From positions 1,689 through 65,688 of IMG/VR virus record IMGVR_UViG_3300025872_000002: a stretch of DNA of 64,000 nucleotides; one strand, written 5' to 3'. The position numbers and the translations under genes are program-made. The stretch is from a virus. Lineage: Duplodnaviria > Caudoviricetes. Positions 18,168-26,853 of the stretch are shown here, one piece after another (within the stretch, counting starts at the first letter, position 1; the number at the start of each line of letters is the position of its first letter). Below the pieces are notes generated by a model that was not told the origin of the DNA, made no database searches, and saw nothing but the letters and a program-made list of their open reading frames with translations.

Positions 18168-18957
18168 GCAGATCTATCAGACGTTCTTCAAACGCTCGGG
18201 GTTACACCCGAAAATTGAAGAGAACATCGCCTCGCTTGTAGCTAGTAATCCGGGGTGGACGCACAACTTCTATACCGACGATGACTGCGTGGAGTTCATC
18301 AAGCAGCATTACGGTCAGGAGATGTTGGACACGTACAACCTGATTAATCCTAGCTACGGCGCGGCGAGATCGGATCTGTTTCGGTATCTGCTGATCTACG
18401 CAGTGGGCGGCGTATATCTGGACATCAAGAGTTCAGTCTCTGTGCCGTTAAACAAGCTCACTGGAAACAGTGAGTACATCCTTGCGCACTGGGAAGATGT
18501 GCCTAAAGGCATGTTTGACGGGGATGCCCCGGAGCATGGTGAGTTCCAGCAGTGGCACGTGATTGCAGCCGCTAAGCATCCGTTCCTAGAGGCAGTCATT
18601 GAGCGTGTGGTGCGGAACATTCATGATCCGGCAAACCGTGAACTCAGCGGGAAGATGGGCGTGATCCGGCTCACTGGACCCGTGCCATACACGCGGGCAA
18701 TCATGCCGATCCTGCACAAGCACCCGTATACACGGTACCGTACAGACAACCAAGCGGGGTTGGTCTACACCGTCATGCCCGGTAACGATGGGCACATGTT
18801 CTTGTACAACAACAAAGACAACGTGCACTACTCGCGGTTCTCGCACCCGATCATTGGCGACGCAGAACCCGTACGCAAGAAAAATCTGATCGTAGACACT
18901 GCGTACGCAATCTACGAAAAGGCACTCAAACGTAAGCTGGAAGCAGCCAGTGCGTGA
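18154..18957 (+). CDS. Glycosyltransferase, GT32/OCH1-like
   Basis: IPKQIYQT, ARSDLFRYLLIYAVGGVYLDI, HPFL, LTGP. Confidence 0.88.
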   Translation: MSIPKQIYQTFFKRSGLHPKIEENIASLVASNPGWTHNFYTDDDCVEFIKQHYGQEMLDTYNLINPSYGAARSDLFRYLLIYAVGGVYLDIKSSVSVPLNKLTGNSEYILAHWEDVPKGMFDGDAPEHGEFQQWHVIAAAKHPFLEAVIERVVRNIHDPANRELSGKMGVIRLTGPVPYTRAIMPILHKHPYTRYRTDNQAGLVYTVMPGNDGHMFLYNNKDNVHYSRFSHPIIGDAEPVRKKNLIVDTAYAIYEKALKRKLEAASA

Positions 18958-19429
18958 TCAGTTTGCGCACATGATGCGGGAGATATTTGATTTTCTATGG
19001 AAGTACCCGCGCGTTCAAGATCATCACAGGAAAAACAAGTTTGATAAAGACTGGCGCAATCATCCTCGGATCGATGTCCACGAAACAGTAGATTGCGACG
19101 GTGAGGCGGTGCTGAATGTAGCGTCGGGCAGTATTACGATGGGCGAGTACAGCTTTCTTGGGCAGCGGTGTATGTTAATCGCAGGTACGCATGACATCAC
19201 CAAGAAAGGTAAGCTGCGCAAAGATGGTGTTATAAAAACGGGCTACGACATCACAATCGGTAAAGGCGTGTTCATCGGGGCGGGGTCGATAGTTTTAGGC
19301 CCATGCAGGATTGGTGATCACGCAGTAATTGGAGCTGGGTCTGTTGTACCGGCGGGCGAGTACGAAGGCGAATGTATATACGCTGGCAACCCAGCGGTGT
19401 TTAAGAAACGAATTACTTTTACGGAGTAA
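18950..19429 (+). CDS. Hexapeptide-repeat sugar O-acetyltransferase
   Basis: ITIGKGVFIGAGSIVLGPCRIGDHAVIGAGSVV, YAGNPA. Confidence 0.88.
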   Translation: MRDQFAHMMREIFDFLWKYPRVQDHHRKNKFDKDWRNHPRIDVHETVDCDGEAVLNVASGSITMGEYSFLGQRCMLIAGTHDITKKGKLRKDGVIKTGYDITIGKGVFIGAGSIVLGPCRIGDHAVIGAGSVVPAGEYEGECIYAGNPAVFKKRITFTE

Positions 19430-19431
19430 TC

Positions 19432-20058
19432 ATGGGTACTTCAACGGTATCAGGGCCGTTCCGGTCACAGAATGGCTTTCAAGAACTAGTCAATGGGGTT
19501 TGGACACCTGTAGGTGGCGGTGGTGGCGGCGGTGGGTATACGTTTGCGACACTATATGGTGAATACGGGCCTAACGCTAGCTTGGATAATCGGTACTCAG
19601 ATAGTTTTTATACTGTTAGTGGCCCGACCGCCGGGACTGTTATAACACTCCCAGAAGTACCTGTCGGTGGGACTATCGCTATTAACTTGGATAATGGTGC
19701 TAGTACCTCTGTCTGGAAAATAAAAGTTCCGACCCCTGCTGGGGCGGATTTCGCTTTTATCGCACAAAATTTATCTGTTAATTTATCCAATGACTTTACC
19801 GGTTTGTCCGCCCCGACAAGTTCTTGGCAAGTATGGGATGAAGTTAACGATTTTCCATCTGATTCTGTTTATCTATACGGCACGATACAGAATATGCTAA
19901 CTTTAGTTCGTGCGCCTGATATGGTTTATCCGGGTTTTGGGGTTATTGTTTCATATTACTTTGTTACTCCAATGGTCACCGTTGGCGGGTATGATGAAGT
20001 AAATCAAGTAGCAGTTAACTTCAATCGATTCCCCGCACAGAATTTCACACATTCTTAA
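19432..20058 (+). CDS. Putative capsid-associated fibre/decoration protein B
   Basis: Same N-terminal peptide and poly-Gly linker as 16233..16892; unrelated beta-rich C-terminus. Confidence 0.7.
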   Translation: MGTSTVSGPFRSQNGFQELVNGVWTPVGGGGGGGGYTFATLYGEYGPNASLDNRYSDSFYTVSGPTAGTVITLPEVPVGGTIAINLDNGASTSVWKIKVPTPAGADFAFIAQNLSVNLSNDFTGLSAPTSSWQVWDEVNDFPSDSVYLYGTIQNMLTLVRAPDMVYPGFGVIVSYYFVTPMVTVGGYDEVNQVAVNFNRFPAQNFTHS

Positions 20059-20068
20059 GGATTTAATC

Positions 20069-20194
20069 ATGCAACGTCCCGATCACATTAGCGAAGAGCG
20101 GTGGGCTAAGCTTCTTGAGTTCGTTGCCAAGCTTAAAGAGCAACGCCAGCCCCAACCCCAACAACCCCAACAACCCACGGGTAACCAGTCATGA
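20069..20194 (+). CDS. Small protein (41 aa) with PQ repeat, not in ORF track
   Basis: RBS AAGGA; MQRPDHISEERWAKLLEF...QPQPQQPQQP; ATGA overlap with the next gene. Confidence 0.55.
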   Translation: MQRPDHISEERWAKLLEFVAKLKEQRQPQPQQPQQPTGNQS

Positions 20195-20460
20195 AAACTG
20201 ACGTTAAAGCAGCGAATGTCTCAGCTACCGGAGTTGTCTACGGGGCGCGGACGCGGCTTCGTGGCGCGCTGATTGTGCCCGGTGGTTCGGTCGGGTCCGT
20301 CCTCATCAAAGACGGCGCTAGTGGGGCTACGATCCTGTCGGTCACTACGCTTGCGAACGGCACCCCGTTTTCGGTCGTAATCCCTGAAGACGGCGTTCTT
20401 GTATCGACCGGACTGTACGCGACCGTTAGTAACGCTACGGCTACCGTCTTCTATGGCTAA
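20191..20460 (+). CDS. Small virion protein
   Basis: MKTDVKA...IPEDGVL...TVFYG, beta-rich. Confidence 0.7.
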   Translation: MKTDVKAANVSATGVVYGARTRLRGALIVPGGSVGSVLIKDGASGATILSVTTLANGTPFSVVIPEDGVLVSTGLYATVSNATATVFYG

Positions 20461-20462
20461 AA

Positions 20463-20915
20463 ATGGACATTGCCAAAACAATCGGTGCTGTTGCCGCAAG
20501 CGTAGCTGCGCTGGGGGGTAGTTACACCTTGGTGGACAAGGTTGGGTGGTTGGAAAGCCCAATCCTTGTCTGGGCACCGGAGCATTTTAAGATTGAACCC
20601 GCTAAGCTAGGGGAGTCGGTCACAGTGACGGTGGCGAGGATCAAGAAGCGCGACGATTGCTCGGTAGAGTCGTTTATCCCAAGCATTCGAGATGGTAAGG
20701 GTATGGTTCATGAAGCTGTGCCATCAAACGCTAAATTCTCCGGCCCTGCTAGTCCAGAGATCGACACCTTCACTTATACATTGATCGTCAAGTCTGAGAT
20801 GCAGCCCGGTAAGGCTACGTTACTTGCGACGATCAAATACAAGTGCCCCGAGGGCGAGCGGACGGTTAGCTATCCAAAGCACAAGAACTTGAGTTTTAAT
20901 CTGGAGGCAAAATGA
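20463..20915 (+). CDS. Hypothetical protein with N-terminal membrane anchor
   Basis: Hydrophobic N-terminus, two Cys, upstream of lysis genes. Confidence 0.65.
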   Translation: MDIAKTIGAVAASVAALGGSYTLVDKVGWLESPILVWAPEHFKIEPAKLGESVTVTVARIKKRDDCSVESFIPSIRDGKGMVHEAVPSNAKFSGPASPEIDTFTYTLIVKSEMQPGKATLLATIKYKCPEGERTVSYPKHKNLSFNLEAK

Positions 20916-21418
20916 TTACCCTTCTTACGACCCTTCTCTCCTTCCTCGCCGGGGGCTTACCTAAACTCCTTGGCTTCTTCCAAGATCGCGCAGACAAGGC
21001 GCATGAACTGAACCTCGCCCGGATGCAGATCGAGCGGGAATTGGAGTTGAGGAAGGCAGGTTTTGAAGCCCAAGCAAGGGTAGAAGAGATCAGGACAGAC
21101 CAGTTGCAGGTCGGTGCAGAGGTGACGATGGCGCAGACGGCGTTAGCCGAGAAGCAAGCCCTGTACGCGCACGACATTGCCATCGGGGAAGGCGCAAGCC
21201 GGTGGGTCATCAACGCTCGTGCTCTGGTTCGCCCGGTCATTACCTACGGGATGTTTGCTCTTCTTTGCTTCATCAACATCTTCGGGGCGGCGTATGCTTG
21301 GCATCTGGGAACCCCGTTTGCAGAGGTAATTGCTAACCTGTGGGACGCAGACACCCAGATCATTTGGGCGTCCGTCATCAGCTTCTGGTTCGGAAGCCAA
21401 GCGTTCAGCAAAAAATGA
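20912..21418 (+). CDS. Holin-like membrane protein (3TM-type)
   Basis: LVRPVITY, two C-terminal TM segments, ISFWFGS; adjacent to lysozyme. Confidence 0.7.
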   Translation: MITLLTTLLSFLAGGLPKLLGFFQDRADKAHELNLARMQIERELELRKAGFEAQARVEEIRTDQLQVGAEVTMAQTALAEKQALYAHDIAIGEGASRWVINARALVRPVITYGMFALLCFINIFGAAYAWHLGTPFAEVIANLWDADTQIIWASVISFWFGSQAFSKK

Positions 21419-21894
21419 ACGCGCTGATTAAGATGCTCAAGCATCACGAGGGAGTGCGCTATGTTCCCTATCGTTGTCCTGCTCGCCTGTGGACTGTCGG
21501 TGTGGGTCGTGTCATCGATCCTTCTCACCTGCGCGTACCGTTTGATCGACGACTTGAGCTCCCTATACCGGCAGGTTGGGATCGGCGATTAACAGAGGGG
21601 GAAGTCGATGCGCTACTTCAAGAAGATCTTCAGCGGTTTCTTCCGGGGGTACTCAGACTATGTACTGTGGTTCCTCTTAGCAATCGCCATCTGGCACTCG
21701 CTTCGTTCGCTTTCAATGTTGGGCTAGGTAATCTTCAAGCCAGCACACTGCGGCAAAAGCACAACCGGGGAGATTACTCCGGTGCCGCAGACGAGTTCTT
21801 GAAATGGAATCTATCTGCTGGTAAAGTGTTAGCTGGCCTCGTTACTCGTCGCAAGGACGAGCGTGCTCTCTATCTTGGAGCGGTAAATGGCTAA
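21415..21894 (+). CDS. Endolysin, GH24 phage lysozyme
   Basis: HEGVRYVPYRCPARLWTVGVG, LASFAFNVG, GLVTRRKDERALYL. Confidence 0.92.
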   Translation: MNALIKMLKHHEGVRYVPYRCPARLWTVGVGRVIDPSHLRVPFDRRLELPIPAGWDRRLTEGEVDALLQEDLQRFLPGVLRLCTVVPLSNRHLALASFAFNVGLGNLQASTLRQKHNRGDYSGAADEFLKWNLSAGKVLAGLVTRRKDERALYLGAVNG

Positions 21895-22141
21895 GTCCCC
21901 CGCGTGGCAGCGCAAAGAAGGCAAAAACCCAGAAGGTGGTCTTAACGCCAAAGGTCGCGCTAGCTACAACAAGGCTAACCCCGGCAAGCCCGGACTCAAA
22001 GCCCCCCAACCTGAAGGCGGTTCCCGGCGCGATTCATTTTGTGCCCGGATGAAAGGGATGAAGCGGAAGCTTACTTCGGCTAAGACCGCTAATGACCCAA
22101 ACAGCCGTATCAACAAATCTCTGCGGGCGTGGAATTGCTGA
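21887..22141 (+). CDS. Small basic protein (DUF6321-like)
   Basis: WQRKEGKNPEGGLNAKGRASY, RRDSFCARM, SLRAWNC. Confidence 0.75.
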   Translation: MAKSPAWQRKEGKNPEGGLNAKGRASYNKANPGKPGLKAPQPEGGSRRDSFCARMKGMKRKLTSAKTANDPNSRINKSLRAWNC

Positions 22142-22142
22142 T

Positions 22143-22364
22143 ATGAAAGACGCAGAAGTCGGAAAGACATTCTTAGATGGCTTGTCTGTTATCACGGTTG
22201 TCGGTACTCTTGTTGATATGTTGCCATCTATCGCGGCTGTGTTTACCATCCTGTGGACGGGCATTCGCATATGGGAAACCGATACGATGCAGCGCATGCT
22301 AGGACGTAAAAAAGATGCCAAGCAAGAGCAAAGCCCAACACAATCTGATGGCGATGGTCGCTAA
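22143..22364 (+). CDS. Small membrane protein
   Basis: Two hydrophobic segments, IRIWETDT. Confidence 0.65.
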   Translation: MKDAEVGKTFLDGLSVITVVGTLVDMLPSIAAVFTILWTGIRIWETDTMQRMLGRKKDAKQEQSPTQSDGDGR

Positions 22365-22698
22365 TGACCCCGCTGCCGCTAAACGTGTTGGTATCCCGCA
22401 AAAAGTAGGTCGTGATTACGTCGAGGCTGATAAAGGCCGCAAATTTAACCAAGGTGGTGACATGAAAGAATCTAAAGCGATGATGGGCAAAGAGCTGGCC
22501 TTCATGAAGAAAAAGGGCGCTCCGAAGTCGATGGTCAAGCATGAAATGGCCGAGATGGGCGCTATGAAGAAAGGTGGCAGCATCAAGAAGATGGCTTCTG
22601 GCGGGCTGGCTGCTGGGCACAAATCGGCTGACGGGATTGCCAAGAAAGGCAAGACCAAGACGACGCAGGTCAAGATGAAATACGGCGGGGCGTGCTGA
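22315..22698 (+). CDS. Basic putative internal/core protein with xxxGG motifs
   Basis: FNQGG, MKKGG, MASGG, ADGIAKKGKT. Confidence 0.75.
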   Translation: MPSKSKAQHNLMAMVANDPAAAKRVGIPQKVGRDYVEADKGRKFNQGGDMKESKAMMGKELAFMKKKGAPKSMVKHEMAEMGAMKKGGSIKKMASGGLAAGHKSADGIAKKGKTKTTQVKMKYGGAC

Positions 22699-22699
22699 G

Positions 22700-22963
22700 A
22701 TGGCTACGGCACCTAAAAAACCAGTTCCGGCCCCTACCGATCTTGGCAAGCCGACGGCGGAAGCCGAAGCACGCATGCGTGCTCAGGTTGAGGAAGCCAA
22801 GACTCAATCACAGATGGATGCAGCCTATGATGCCGCTGCATCCCGCTCTATGGGTACTTACAAAGAGCCTGTGAAGAAAGCTAAGGGTGGTTCGGTCGGT
22901 TCCGCTTCTGCTCGCGCGGATGGCTGTGCTCAACGTGGCAAGACGCGGGGCAGAATGGTGTAG
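22700..22963 (+). CDS. Small putative core protein
   Basis: KAKGGSV, RADGCAQRGKTRG. Confidence 0.75.
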   Translation: MATAPKKPVPAPTDLGKPTAEAEARMRAQVEEAKTQSQMDAAYDAAASRSMGTYKEPVKKAKGGSVGSASARADGCAQRGKTRGRMV

Positions 22964-22974
22964 AGGGGAGTAGC

Positions 22975-23199
22975 ATGGCACGAAACTTAAAAAATCTTGC
23001 GGTGTTGGCGGCGCTTTTGGGGTCCGGTGCAATGGCGTCTCGTGAAAAAACGGATCTCGGCGTTGATTCTGTTACGGATGAAGATCGTGAGGCGTTTAAA
23101 GCGGCGTACCCTAAAATGAAAAAAGGTGGCGTTGTTTCGGCTTCCCGCCGTGCAGACGGCGTTGCTAAGCGCGGTAAAACCCGGGGTAAGTTCGTATGA
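22975..23199 (+). CDS. Small putative core protein
   Basis: MKKGGVV, RADGVAKRGKTRG. Confidence 0.75.
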   Translation: MARNLKNLAVLAALLGSGAMASREKTDLGVDSVTDEDREAFKAAYPKMKKGGVVSASRRADGVAKRGKTRGKFV

Positions 23200-23483
23200 T
23201 GGCAAGTCGCGGCATGGGGGCTATTAACCCCAGTAAGATGCCCGGCGCTAAGCGCAAGCAGCGCCGCGACGATACTGACTTTACGCAGTACGCCGAAGGT
23301 GGATCGGTCAAGTCCAAGGTCAACGAGGCGGGCAATTACACGAAGCCCGGCATGCGTAAAGCCCTGTTCAACAGCATCAAGTCTCAGGCAGTACAGGGCA
23401 CAGGAGCAGGGCAGTGGAGCGCCCGCAAGGCGCAGCTTCTGGCTAAGAAGTATAAGGAACGGGGCGGGGGCTACCGAGATTGA
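23196..23483 (+). CDS. Small basic protein
   Basis: SRGMGAI, YAEGG, GQWSARKAQLLAKKYK. Confidence 0.75.
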   Translation: MMASRGMGAINPSKMPGAKRKQRRDDTDFTQYAEGGSVKSKVNEAGNYTKPGMRKALFNSIKSQAVQGTGAGQWSARKAQLLAKKYKERGGGYRD

Positions 23484-23713
23484 AAGCTCCGCAGAAATCG
23501 CTCTCTGACTGGACCGCCCAGAAATGGCGCACTAAGTCTGGTAAGCCGTCATCTAAGACGGGTGAGCGCTATTTGCCGGAGGCAGCGATCAAGTCTCTTA
23601 GCCCTGCCGAATACGCGGCAACGACCAAGGCTAAACGCGCCGGTAAAGCCAAAGGCAAGCAGTTCGTAGCGCAGCCCAAAACGATTGCTAAAAAGACAGC
23701 GAGTTTTAGATGA
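23480..23713 (+). CDS. Small basic protein (DUF5872-like)
   Basis: QKSLSDWTAQKWRTKSGK, ERYLPEAAI. Confidence 0.7.
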   Translation: MKAPQKSLSDWTAQKWRTKSGKPSSKTGERYLPEAAIKSLSPAEYAATTKAKRAGKAKGKQFVAQPKTIAKKTASFR

Positions 23714-24633
23714 CCACTTCCGGCGCTACTAGTTTTACGCTAGACCTCAATGATCTGATTGAGGAGGCATACGAGCGTGCCGGTATCGAGGTACGGACGG
23801 GATACGAGTTTCGGACTGCCCGTCGCTCGTTGAACCTACTGACAATTGAATGGGCCAATCGCGGTATAAACCTGTGGACGATTGAGCAAGGTCAGATCGT
23901 CATGAACACGGGGCAGATCACATACCCGATCCCCACCAATACGATTGACCTGCTGGATCATGTGATCCGTACTGGCTCGAACACCTCGCAGATTGACATC
24001 AACATCACTCGCGTCTCTGAGTCTACGTACTCCACCTACCCCAACAAGAACGCGACGGGCAGGCCGATTCAGGTCTGGGTCAACCGGCAGACCGGGCAGT
24101 CGTACACGACGACCAGCTATCTTGCTGCGACAATCGGCCCGACAGACACCACGATCACGCTTAGCAGCACGAGCAATCTCCCGGCAACCGGCTTCATTAC
24201 CATTGAGAACGAGACGATTCTCTATCAGAACGTGTCGGGCAATCAGCTCCTGAACTGCTTCCGTGGACAGAATGGCACTACGGCTGTGGGGCATACAGCA
24301 TCGCCTACGCAATTCGTCACGGTGAACTATTTGCCCAGTATCAACGTCTGGCCGTCGCCCAATGCGCCGGGCAACCAATACACGTTTGTCTACTGGCGAC
24401 TGCGCCGGATGCAGAACGCTGGCGATGGCACTACAGACCAAGACATCCCGTTTCGTTTGATTACTTGTCTGGTGGCGGGGCTGTCCTACTATTTGTCCGT
24501 TAAGCGTCCTGACATAGCTCCTGATCGTATCGCTATGTTGAAGGCGGACTACGAACAGCAGTGGGAGCTTGCCTCTACAGAGGACCGCGAAAAGGCTGCT
24601 GAACGGTACGTGCCTCGAATGTTGTTTTACTGA
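23710..24633 (+). CDS. Putative head-tail adaptor / tail tubular protein
   Basis: DLIEEAYERAG, ARRSLNLL..EWANRG, CLVAGLSYYL; position at the start of the tail module. Confidence 0.65.
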   Translation: MTTSGATSFTLDLNDLIEEAYERAGIEVRTGYEFRTARRSLNLLTIEWANRGINLWTIEQGQIVMNTGQITYPIPTNTIDLLDHVIRTGSNTSQIDINITRVSESTYSTYPNKNATGRPIQVWVNRQTGQSYTTTSYLAATIGPTDTTITLSSTSNLPATGFITIENETILYQNVSGNQLLNCFRGQNGTTAVGHTASPTQFVTVNYLPSINVWPSPNAPGNQYTFVYWRLRRMQNAGDGTTDQDIPFRLITCLVAGLSYYLSVKRPDIAPDRIAMLKADYEQQWELASTEDREKAAERYVPRMLFY

Positions 24634-24641
24634 GGTGACGT

Positions 24642-25070
24642 ATGCCGTCTAAGTTTGCCTCAGGTAAGTATGCAATTGCGGAATGTGACCGCTGCGGTCA
24701 GCGGTACAAGCTGAAGGAGCTTAAGAAGCTCATTATTAAGACCCAGATCGTCAACCTAAAGGTCTGCCCCTCTTGCTGGGATCCAGATCAGCCGCAGTTG
24801 TCTCTTGGTCTTTACCCAGTTAATGATCCGCAAGCTGTGCGTGATCCAAGGCCGGATGTGAGCTATCAAGTTTCTGGTACAAACGGGCTGCAAACTAACA
24901 TCAATGGCGGTCCCGGTATAGACGGAGCAGGTACATCCGAAGGCGGTAGCAGGATTATTCAGTGGGGCTGGAACCCTGTAGGTGGAGCGCAAGCCTATGA
25001 TACGGGACTTACGCCAAATAACTTGGTGTTAGGTGTGCAGCTTGGTACAGTAACGGTCGTAACGACCTAA
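24642..25070 (+). CDS. Conserved protein with CxxC...CxxC
   Basis: ECDRCG, VCPSCWDPDQPQL, DPQAVRDPRPD. Confidence 0.75.
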   Translation: MPSKFASGKYAIAECDRCGQRYKLKELKKLIIKTQIVNLKVCPSCWDPDQPQLSLGLYPVNDPQAVRDPRPDVSYQVSGTNGLQTNINGGPGIDGAGTSEGGSRIIQWGWNPVGGAQAYDTGLTPNNLVLGVQLGTVTVVTT

Positions 25071-25077
25071 GGAGTCC

Positions 25078-25263
25078 GTGATGGACAAGAAACAAGTCAA
25101 AGCCATTGCCGGTACGGAAGTGAAGGCGCATGAGAAGCGTATGCACGGCAAGGGCATGGCTAAAGGCGGGGTTACTTCGTTGGCGATGAAGAAGTACGGA
25201 CGGAACCTCGCACGTGCGATGAACCAGAAAAAATCTTCGTTCCCGACCAAAAAGGGGGCGTAA
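25078..25263 (+). CDS. Small basic protein
   Basis: HEKRMH, MAKGG, GRNLARA; RBS AAGGAG. Confidence 0.7.
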   Translation: MMDKKQVKAIAGTEVKAHEKRMHGKGMAKGGVTSLAMKKYGRNLARAMNQKKSSFPTKKGA

Positions 25264-25530
25264 ATGGCTAAGTTCTCGCAAAAAGTGATGGGCAAAGAGG
25301 TCGGCAGGGCCGATGTCTACGCGCCTCCCCACACCATGACCGGGACTTCCGGCGTGGACCTTAGCAACTCGGGCTACGGTGCCGACCACGGCAGTACTGC
25401 GCCCCAAGTCAACATGAGTGTTGGCAACATCAACCGCGACGGCTATCCCGGTGTCAAGACTTCGGGCATCGTGGTGCGTGGTACGCGCAATCAGACCAAA
25501 GGCAAGATGGCTCGCGGCCCGATGGCGTAA
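25264..25530 (+). CDS. Small basic protein
   Basis: KTSGIVVRG...KGKMARGPMA. Confidence 0.7.
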   Translation: MAKFSQKVMGKEVGRADVYAPPHTMTGTSGVDLSNSGYGADHGSTAPQVNMSVGNINRDGYPGVKTSGIVVRGTRNQTKGKMARGPMA

Positions 25531-25532
25531 TC

Positions 25533-26228
25533 ATGAACTACACTCAGCTTGTCACTGCGATTCAAAGCTATACGGAGAACCAATTTCCGCTGGTTGTGCT
25601 GGCGGATGGGTCTACTGTTAGCCCCACTACGCAGATCAATCGCTTCATCCAGCAAGCTGAGCAGCGCATCTATAACTCAGTGCAGTTCCCGTCTTTGCGC
25701 AGGAACATGACTGGGGTAACAACGCCTAGCAACAAGTACCTTTCTTGCCCAGAGGATTTTTTGGCGACGTATTCGCTAGCTGTAGTTGACGCTGCAGGCG
25801 AGTATCACTACTTGTTGAACAAAGACGTTAACTTCATTCGTGAGTCGTATCCCAGTCCCAGCACCGTGGGGCTGCCTAAGTACTACGCCCTGTTTGGCCC
25901 GACCGTCAACGGTGCCTTCATCACGAATGAGCTGTCTTTTATTCTGGGGCCGACCCCGAATGCTGCCTACACTGTAGAGCTGCATTTCTACTATTACCCA
26001 GAGTCGATCACGACCGCGAACACGAGCTGGCTTGGCGACAATTTTGATTCTGTGCTGCTCTACGGGGCGCTGGTCGAGGCGTACACCTTCATGAAAGGTG
26101 AGCCGGATCTTATTGCGCTGTACGACGGGAAATACAAGGAAGCCCTTGCGCTGGCTAAACGTCTCGGCGACGGCATGGAGCGTCAAGATGCGTACAGATC
26201 CGGCCAATACCGACAGGCGGTGACTTAA
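25533..26228 (+). CDS. Putative adaptor/tail tubular protein
   Basis: FIQQAEQRIY, GLPKYYA, GPTP, LLYGALVEAY.FMKG. Confidence 0.7.
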   Translation: MNYTQLVTAIQSYTENQFPLVVLADGSTVSPTTQINRFIQQAEQRIYNSVQFPSLRRNMTGVTTPSNKYLSCPEDFLATYSLAVVDAAGEYHYLLNKDVNFIRESYPSPSTVGLPKYYALFGPTVNGAFITNELSFILGPTPNAAYTVELHFYYYPESITTANTSWLGDNFDSVLLYGALVEAYTFMKGEPDLIALYDGKYKEALALAKRLGDGMERQDAYRSGQYRQAVT

Positions 26229-26653
26229 TGGCTTTCACCGGCAACTACACGTGTAACGTATTCAAGTCAGGGCTGTTGACCGGGGTCTACAACTTTAGCT
26301 CTGACACGTTTAAGATGGCGCTGTACACCAACAGCGCTTCGCTGAATGCGGATACCGCCGCGTACTCGACCACTTTGTTGGGAGAAGTTACACCTACCGG
26401 GTCGTACGTAACGGGTGGACAGATTCTTACGGGCGTTGTGCTGGGGATCAACAACGGGACTGCGTATCTGTCGTTCAACAATCCTAGCTGGACTGGAGCA
26501 TTTACTGCTCGCGGTGCGCTAATCTATAATGTGACGGCGTCAGACGCTGCTGTTTGCGTTCTTGATTTTGGGAACGATAAAACCTCTGCTCTCACATTCA
26601 CGGTTCAGTTCCCGGTTGCATCCAGTACATCTGCCATCATAAGGATTGTTTAA
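26228..26653 (+). CDS. Tail/virion protein (paralogue 1)
   Basis: DTFKMALYT, Y..GG, TARGALIYN, VLDFG.DKT. Confidence 0.7.
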   Translation: MAFTGNYTCNVFKSGLLTGVYNFSSDTFKMALYTNSASLNADTAAYSTTLLGEVTPTGSYVTGGQILTGVVLGINNGTAYLSFNNPSWTGAFTARGALIYNVTASDAAVCVLDFGNDKTSALTFTVQFPVASSTSAIIRIV

Positions 26654-26844
26654 TGCTCATCACGACGACCAAAGGCGAAATGGACGAGAGTCTGCTGATA
26701 AAGCAAACTGGGTCCATTGACAATGACCACGAGTACACGGTGTGGGTTGAATACTGGCATGAGGACGAGCTTGTGCATCGTTCCGTGCATGTGACTCTGA
26801 AGAAAAACGTTATGGCCGACGGTCTGGCCGCGATGATCTCTTAA
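26653..26844 (+). CDS. Hypothetical protein
   Basis: 63 aa, translationally coupled; WVEYW..ELVHRS. Confidence 0.7.
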   Translation: MLITTTKGEMDESLLIKQTGSIDNDHEYTVWVEYWHEDELVHRSVHVTLKKNVMADGLAAMIS

Positions 26845-26853
26845 GGAAATATC

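Noticed and set aside
16233-19530. Diversity-generating retroelement TR/VR pair
   Set aside because: Differences are synonymous and not adenine-specific, the repeats are N-terminal, and no reverse transcriptase is present.
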